Source: Mobula hypostoma (lineage: Eukaryota). From it: DNA of 64,000 nucleotides. The stretch covers positions 216,134,001-216,198,000 of the forward strand of contig NC_086097.1 in the NCBI RefSeq assembly GCF_963921235.1, in the 5' to 3' direction. The notes under the pieces were generated by a model. The model was not told the origin of the DNA. It saw only the letters and a list, made by a program, of their open reading frames with translations, and did not search any database. Below are positions 59,345-64,000 of the stretch, piece by piece (the first letter of the stretch is position 1; each line of letters begins with the position of its first letter). The translations under genes were made by a program, and so were the position numbers.

Positions 59345-61629
59345 ACATAGAAACATAGAAAATAGGTGCAGGAGTAGGCCATTCGGCCCTTCGAGCCTGC
59401 ACCACCATTTATTATGATCATGGCTGATCATCCAACTCAGAACCCTGCCCCAGCCTTCCCTCCGTACCCCCTGATCCCCGTAGCCACAAGGGCCATATCT
59501 AACTCCCTCTTAAATATAGCCAATGAACTGGCCTCAACTGTTTCCTGTGGCAGAGAATTCCACAGATTCACCACTCTCTGTGTGAAGAAGTTTTTCCTAA
59601 TCTCGGTCCTAAAAGGCTTCCCCTCTATCCTCAAACTGTGGCCCCTCGTTCTGGACTTCCCCAACATTGGGAACAATCTTCCTGCATCTAGCCTGTCCAA
59701 TCCCTTTAGGATTTTATATGTTTCAATAAGATCCCCCCTCAATCTTCTAAATTCCAACGAGTACAAGCCCAGTTCATCCAGTCTTTCTTCATATGAAAGT
59801 CCTGCCATCCCAGGAATCAATCTGGTGAACCTTCTTTGTACTCCCTCTATGGCAAGGATGTCCTTCCTCAGATTAGGGGACCAAAACTGCACACAATACT
59901 CCAGGTGTGGTCTCACCAAGGCCTTGTACAACTGCAGTAGTACCTCCCTGCTCCTGTACTCGAATCCTCTCGCTATAAATGCCAGCATACCATTCACCTT
60001 TTTCACCGCCTGCTGTACCTGTATGCCCACTTTCAATGACTGGTGTATAATGACACCCAGGTCTTGTTGCACCTCCCCTTTTCCTAATCGGCCACCATTC
60101 AGATAATAATCTGTTTTCCTATTTTTGCCACCAAAGTGAATAAATTCACATTTATCCACATTAAATTGCATCTGCCATGAATTTGCCCACTCACCCAACC
60201 TATCCAAGTCACCCTGCATCCTCTTAGCATCCTCCTCACAGCTAACACTGCCACCCAGCTTCGTGTCATCCGCAAACTTGGAGATGCTGCATTTAATTCC
60301 CTCATCCAAGTCATTAATATATATTGTAAACAACTGGGGTCCCAGCACTGAGCCTTGCGGTATCCCACTAGTCACCGCCTGCCATTCTGAAAAGGTCCCA
60401 TTTATTCCCACTCTTTGCTTCCTGTCTGCTAACCAATTCTCCACCCACACCAATACCTTACCCCCAATGCCGTGTGCTTTAAGTTTGCACACTAATCTCC
60501 TGTGTGGGACCTTGTCAAAAGCCTTTTGAAAATCCAAATATACCACATCCACTGGTTCTCCCCTATCCACTCTACTAGTTACATCCTCAAAAAATTCTAT
60601 GAGATTCGTCAGACATGATTTTCCTTTCACAAATCCATGCTGACTTTGTCCAATGATTTCACTGCTTTCCAAATGTGCTGCTATCACATCCTTGATAACT
60701 GACTCCAGCAGTTTCCCCACCACCGACGTTAGGCTAACCGGTCTAAAATTCCCCGGTTTCTCTCTCCCTCCTTTTTTAAAAAGTGGAGTTACATTAGCCA
60801 CCCTCCAATCCTCAGGATCTAGTCCAGAATCTAACGAGTTTTGAAAAATTATCACTAATGCATCCACTATTTCTTGGGCTACTTCCTTAAGCACTCTGGG
60901 ATGCAGACCATCTGGCCCTGGGGATTTATCTGCCTTCAATCCCTTCAATTTACCTAACACCACTTCCCTACTAACATGTATTTCGCTCAGTTCCTCCATC
61001 TCACTGGACCCTCTGTCCCTTACTATTTCTGGAAGATTATTTATGTCCTCCTTAGTGAAGACAGAACCAAAGTAATTATTCAATTGGTCTGCCATGTCCT
61101 TGCTCCCCATAATCAATTCACCTGTTTCTGTCTGTAGGGGACCTACATTTGTCTTTACCAGTCTTTTCCTTTTTACATATCTATAAAAGCTTTTACAATC
61201 CGTTTTTATGTTCCCTGCTAGTTTTCTCTCATAATCTTTTTTCCCCTTCCTAATTAAGCCCTTTGTCATCCTCTGCTGAACTCTGAATTTCTCCCAGTCC
61301 TCAGGTGAGCTACTTTCTCTGGCTAATTTGTATGCTTCTTCTTTGCAATTGATACTATCCCTAATTTCTCTTGTCAGCCACAGGTGCACTACCTTCCTTG
61401 ATTTAATCTTTTGCCAAACTGGGATGAACAATTGTTGTAGTTCATCCATGCAACCTTTAAATGCTTGCCATTGCATATCCACCGTCAATCCTTTAAGTGT
61501 CATTTGCCAGTCTATCTTAGCTAATTCACGTCTCATACCTTCAAAGTTACCCCTCTTTAAGTTCAGAACCTTTGCTTCTGAATTAACTATGTCACTCTCC
61601 ATCTTAATGAAGAATTCCACCATATTATG
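59345..61629 (-). mobile_element. Young 5'-truncated CR1 insertion (right arm of inverted pair)
   Basis: Near-identical reverse complement of 57176-59273 plus ~185 bp more 5' sequence. It has its own (catagaaa)n tail at 59345. Confidence 0.95.
59437..61629 (-). CDS. CR1 ORF2 reverse transcriptase, open frame from the end of the APE domain (HNMVEF)
   Basis: ORF 59437-61680. The first ~17 codons come from flanking host DNA. RT motifs PQGSVLGP and FADD are intact. Confidence 0.85.
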   Translation of the reverse strand, partial: HNMVEFFIKMESDIVNSEAKVLNLKRGNFEGMRRELAKIDWQMTLKGLTVDMQWQAFKGCMDELQQLFIPVWQKIKSRKVVHLWLTREIRDSINCKEEAYKLARESSSPEDWEKFRVQQRMTKGLIRKGKKDYERKLAGNIKTDCKSFYRYVKRKRLVKTNVGPLQTETGELIMGSKDMADQLNNYFGSVFTKEDINNLPEIVRDRGSSEMEELSEIHVSREVVLGKLKGLKADKSPGPDGLHPRVLKEVAQEIVDALVIIFQNSLDSGLDPEDWRVANVTPLFKKGGREKPGNFRPVSLTSVVGKLLESVIKDVIAAHLESSEIIGQSQHGFVKGKSCLTNLIEFFEDVTSRVDRGEPVDVVYLDFQKAFDKVPHRRLVCKLKAHGIGGKVLVWVENWLADRKQRVGINGTFSEWQAVTSGIPQGSVLGPQLFTIYINDLDEGIKCSISKFADDTKLGGSVSCEEDAKRMQGDLDRLGEWANSWQMQFNVDKCEFIHFGGKNRKTDYYLNGGRLGKGEVQQDLGVIIHQSLKVGIQVQQAVKKVNGMLAFIARGFEYRSREVLLQLYKALVRPHLEYCVQFWSPNLRKDILAIEGVQRRFTRLIPGMAGLSYEERLDELGLYSLEFRRLRGDLIETYKILKGLDRLDAGRLFPMLGKSRTRGHSLRIEGKPFRTEIRKNFFTQRVVNLWNSLPQETVEASSLAIFKRELDMALVATGIRGYGGKAGAGF

Positions 61630-63641
61630 TTCCAATGAGACAGGGAAGTTGTGGTAGGGTACAGGAACTGCGGTGTACAAAGGCTGTAATAAATCTAGTC
61701 AAGAAGAAAAAGTTACAAAAGCTTCAGAGAGCTAGGTAATGTTAGAGATCCAGAAGATTATAAGGCTAACAGGAAGGAGCTTAAGAAGGAAATTAGGAGA
61801 GCCAGAAGGGGCCTTGAGAAGGCCTTGGCGGGCAGGATTAAGGAAAACCCCAAGGCATTCTACAAGTATCTGAAGAGCAAGAGTATAAGGTGTGAAAGAA
61901 TAGGACCTATCAAGTGTGACTGTGGGAAAATGTGTATGGAACCAGAGGAAATAGCAGACATACTTAATGAATACTTTACTTCACTATGGAAAAGGGTCTT
62001 GGTGATTGTAGTGATGACTTGCAGTGGACTGAAAATCTTGATCATGTAGCTATTAAGAAAGAGGATGTGCTGGAGCTTTTGGAAAGCATAAAGTTGGATA
62101 AGTCGTCGGGACCAGATGAGATGTACCCCAGGCTACTGTGGAAGGCGAGGGAGGAGATTGCTAAGCCTCTGGCGATGATTTTTGAATCATCAATGGGGAC
62201 GGGAGAGGTTCCGGAAGATTGGAGGGTTGCGGATGTTGTTCCTTTATTCAAGAAAGGGAGCAGAGACAGCCCAGGAAATTATAGACCAGTGAGTCTTACT
62301 TCAGTGGTTGGTAAGTTGATGGAGAAGATCCTGAGAGGCAGGATTTATGAACATTTGGAAAGGTATAATATGATTAGGAATAGTCAGCATGTCAGGGGCA
62401 GGTCATGCATTACGAACCTGATTGAATTTTTTGAGAATGTGACTGAACACATTGATGAAGGAAAAGCAGTAGATGTTGTGTATATGGATTTCAGCAAGGC
62501 ATTTGATAAGGTACCCCATGCAAAGCTTATTAAGAAAGTAAGGACGCATGGATCCAAAGAGACATTGCTTTGTGGATCCAGAATTGGTTTACCCACAGAA
62601 GGCAAAGAGTGGTTGCAGACGGGTCATATTCTGCATGGAGGCCGGTGACCAGTGGTGTGCCTCAGGGATCTGTTCTTGGGCCCTTACTCTTTGTGATTTT
62701 TATAAATGTTCTGGATGAGGAAGTGGAGGGGTGGGTTAGGAAGTTTGCTGATGACACAAATGTTGGAGGTGTTGTGTCAGAGGTTACAGTGGGACATTGA
62801 TAGGATGCAAAACTGGGCTGAGAATTGGCAGATGGAGTTCAACCCAGATAAGTGTGAAGTGGTTCATTTTGGTAGGTCAAATATGATGGCAGAATATAGT
62901 ATTAATGGTAAGACTCTTGGCAGTGTGGAGGTTCAGAGGGATCTTGGGGTCTGAGTCCATAGGACACTCAAAGCAGCTGCGCAGGTTGACTCTGTGGTTA
63001 AGAAGGCATACGGTGCATTGGCCTTCATCAATTGTGGAATTGAACTTAGGAGCCGAGAGGTAATGTTGCAGCTATATAGAACCCTGATCAGACCCCACTT
63101 GGAGTACTGTGCTCAGTTCTGGTCACCTCACTACAGGAAGGATGTGGAAGCCATAGAAATGGTGCAGAGGAGATTTACAAGGATGTTGCCTGGATTGGGG
63201 AGCATGCCTTATGAGAATAGGTTGAGTGAACTCGGCCATTTCTCCTTGGAGCAGAGGAGGAAGAGAGGTGACCTGATAGAGGTGTATAAGATGATGAGAG
63301 GCATTGATCGTGTGGATAGTCAGAGGCCTTTTCCCAGGGCTGAAATAGTTGCCACAAGGGGACACAGGTTTAAGGTGCTGGGGAGTAGGTACAGAGGAGA
63401 TGTCAGGGGTAAGTTTTTTTACACAGAGAGTAGTGAGTGCATGGAATGGGCTGCCGGCAACGGTGGTGGAGGCAGATACGATAGGGTCTTTTAAGAGACT
63501 TTTGGATAGGTACATGGAGCTTAGAAAAATAGAGGGCTATGGGTAAGCCTAGTAATTTCTATGGTAGGGACATGTTTGGCACAACTTTGTGGGTCAAAGG
63601 GCCTGTATTGTGCTGTTAGTTTTCTATGTGTCTATGTTTCT

Positions 63642-64000
63642 AAAGCTACAATGTCATAATTCCATGTGTTGATCCATGCTCTAAGCTCAACCACCTTTCC
63701 TACATTACTCCTGGCATTGAAATATACACAGGTCGGACCATTATTCCCACCAACCTCAACCTTTTGATTCCTGACTTGTATGTAGCCTTAACAACAACTG
63801 TCTCCTTGCCGACTCCACTATCTGTTCTAGCACTCTGGTCCCCACCTTCCTGCAGCTCTAGTTTAACACCCTCCTCCCCCTGTGCAGTACTGGGAAACTT
63901 TTCTGTTAGGATACTCGTGTTTCACCCCCCCCCCCACCGAGTTCAAGTGCACAGTGTCCCTTCTGTGCAGGTCCCACCTCCCTGGAAGAGGGCCCAATGA
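63642..64000 (-). mobile_element. Old CR1 fragment (esterase end and APE start), right part
   Basis: Minus strand CVYFNARSNVGKVVELRAWINTWNYDIVAF. Esterase-type DNA at 63860-64000. Confidence 0.8.

Larger units (their letters stand above)
55070..63641 (+). mobile_element. Host CR1 (esterase end, APE, RT, 3' UTR) in four pieces: 55070-55682, 56807-57175, 59274-59344, 61630-63641
   Basis: ORF 55165 (YFNARSI, ITETW); VVVMGDFNFP; GDSDHN; ORFs 61825, 61986, 62570 and 62994; tail tttctatgtgtctatgtttc. The sequence is contiguous across all three inserts. Confidence 0.92.

Noticed and set aside
59414..60106. 230-aa plus-strand ORF and other ORFs antisense to CR1 (e.g. 58089-58493, 45975-46595, 7778-8122)
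   Set aside because: These are shadow frames on the opposite strand of CR1 coding sequence, recurring in every copy, with no independent protein motifs.
57176..61629. Twin-priming inversion, or a DNA transposon with giant TIRs
   Set aside because: Both arms have complete 3' tails facing each other, and the spacer is contiguous host CR1 sequence. No terminal TSD encloses the pair.

Overview
This is eukaryotic, repeat-dominated DNA, probably intronic or intergenic. The repeat repertoire suggests a cartilaginous fish such as a ray (inference only): CR1 LINEs with an esterase ORF1, V-SINE- and DeuSINE-like SINEs, Rex1/Babar, L1/Tx1 and Penelope-like elements. I could not recognise any host protein-coding exon. 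All long ORFs belong to retroelements. CR1 copies of several subfamilies make up much of the window, and the 55-64 kb region holds a three-level nest with a ~2.1 kb near-perfect inverted repeat formed by two young CR1 copies. The most notable signal is a Penelope-like element (PLE, GIY-YIG) family whose 3' terminal repeat carries a minimal hammerhead-ribozyme motif (agtc-CTGANGA-agg..cct-GAAAC-GTC-gact). It occurs as longer PLE fragments, as ~95-190 bp insertions (several with 10-15 bp target-site duplications, TSDs), and as a perfect 112-bp-arm foldback. Also present are a Harbinger-derived MITE, hAT-like MITEs, two probable solo LTRs and decayed Harbinger relics. Family assignments come from motif recognition by eye, not database searches, and boundaries of old elements are approximate.
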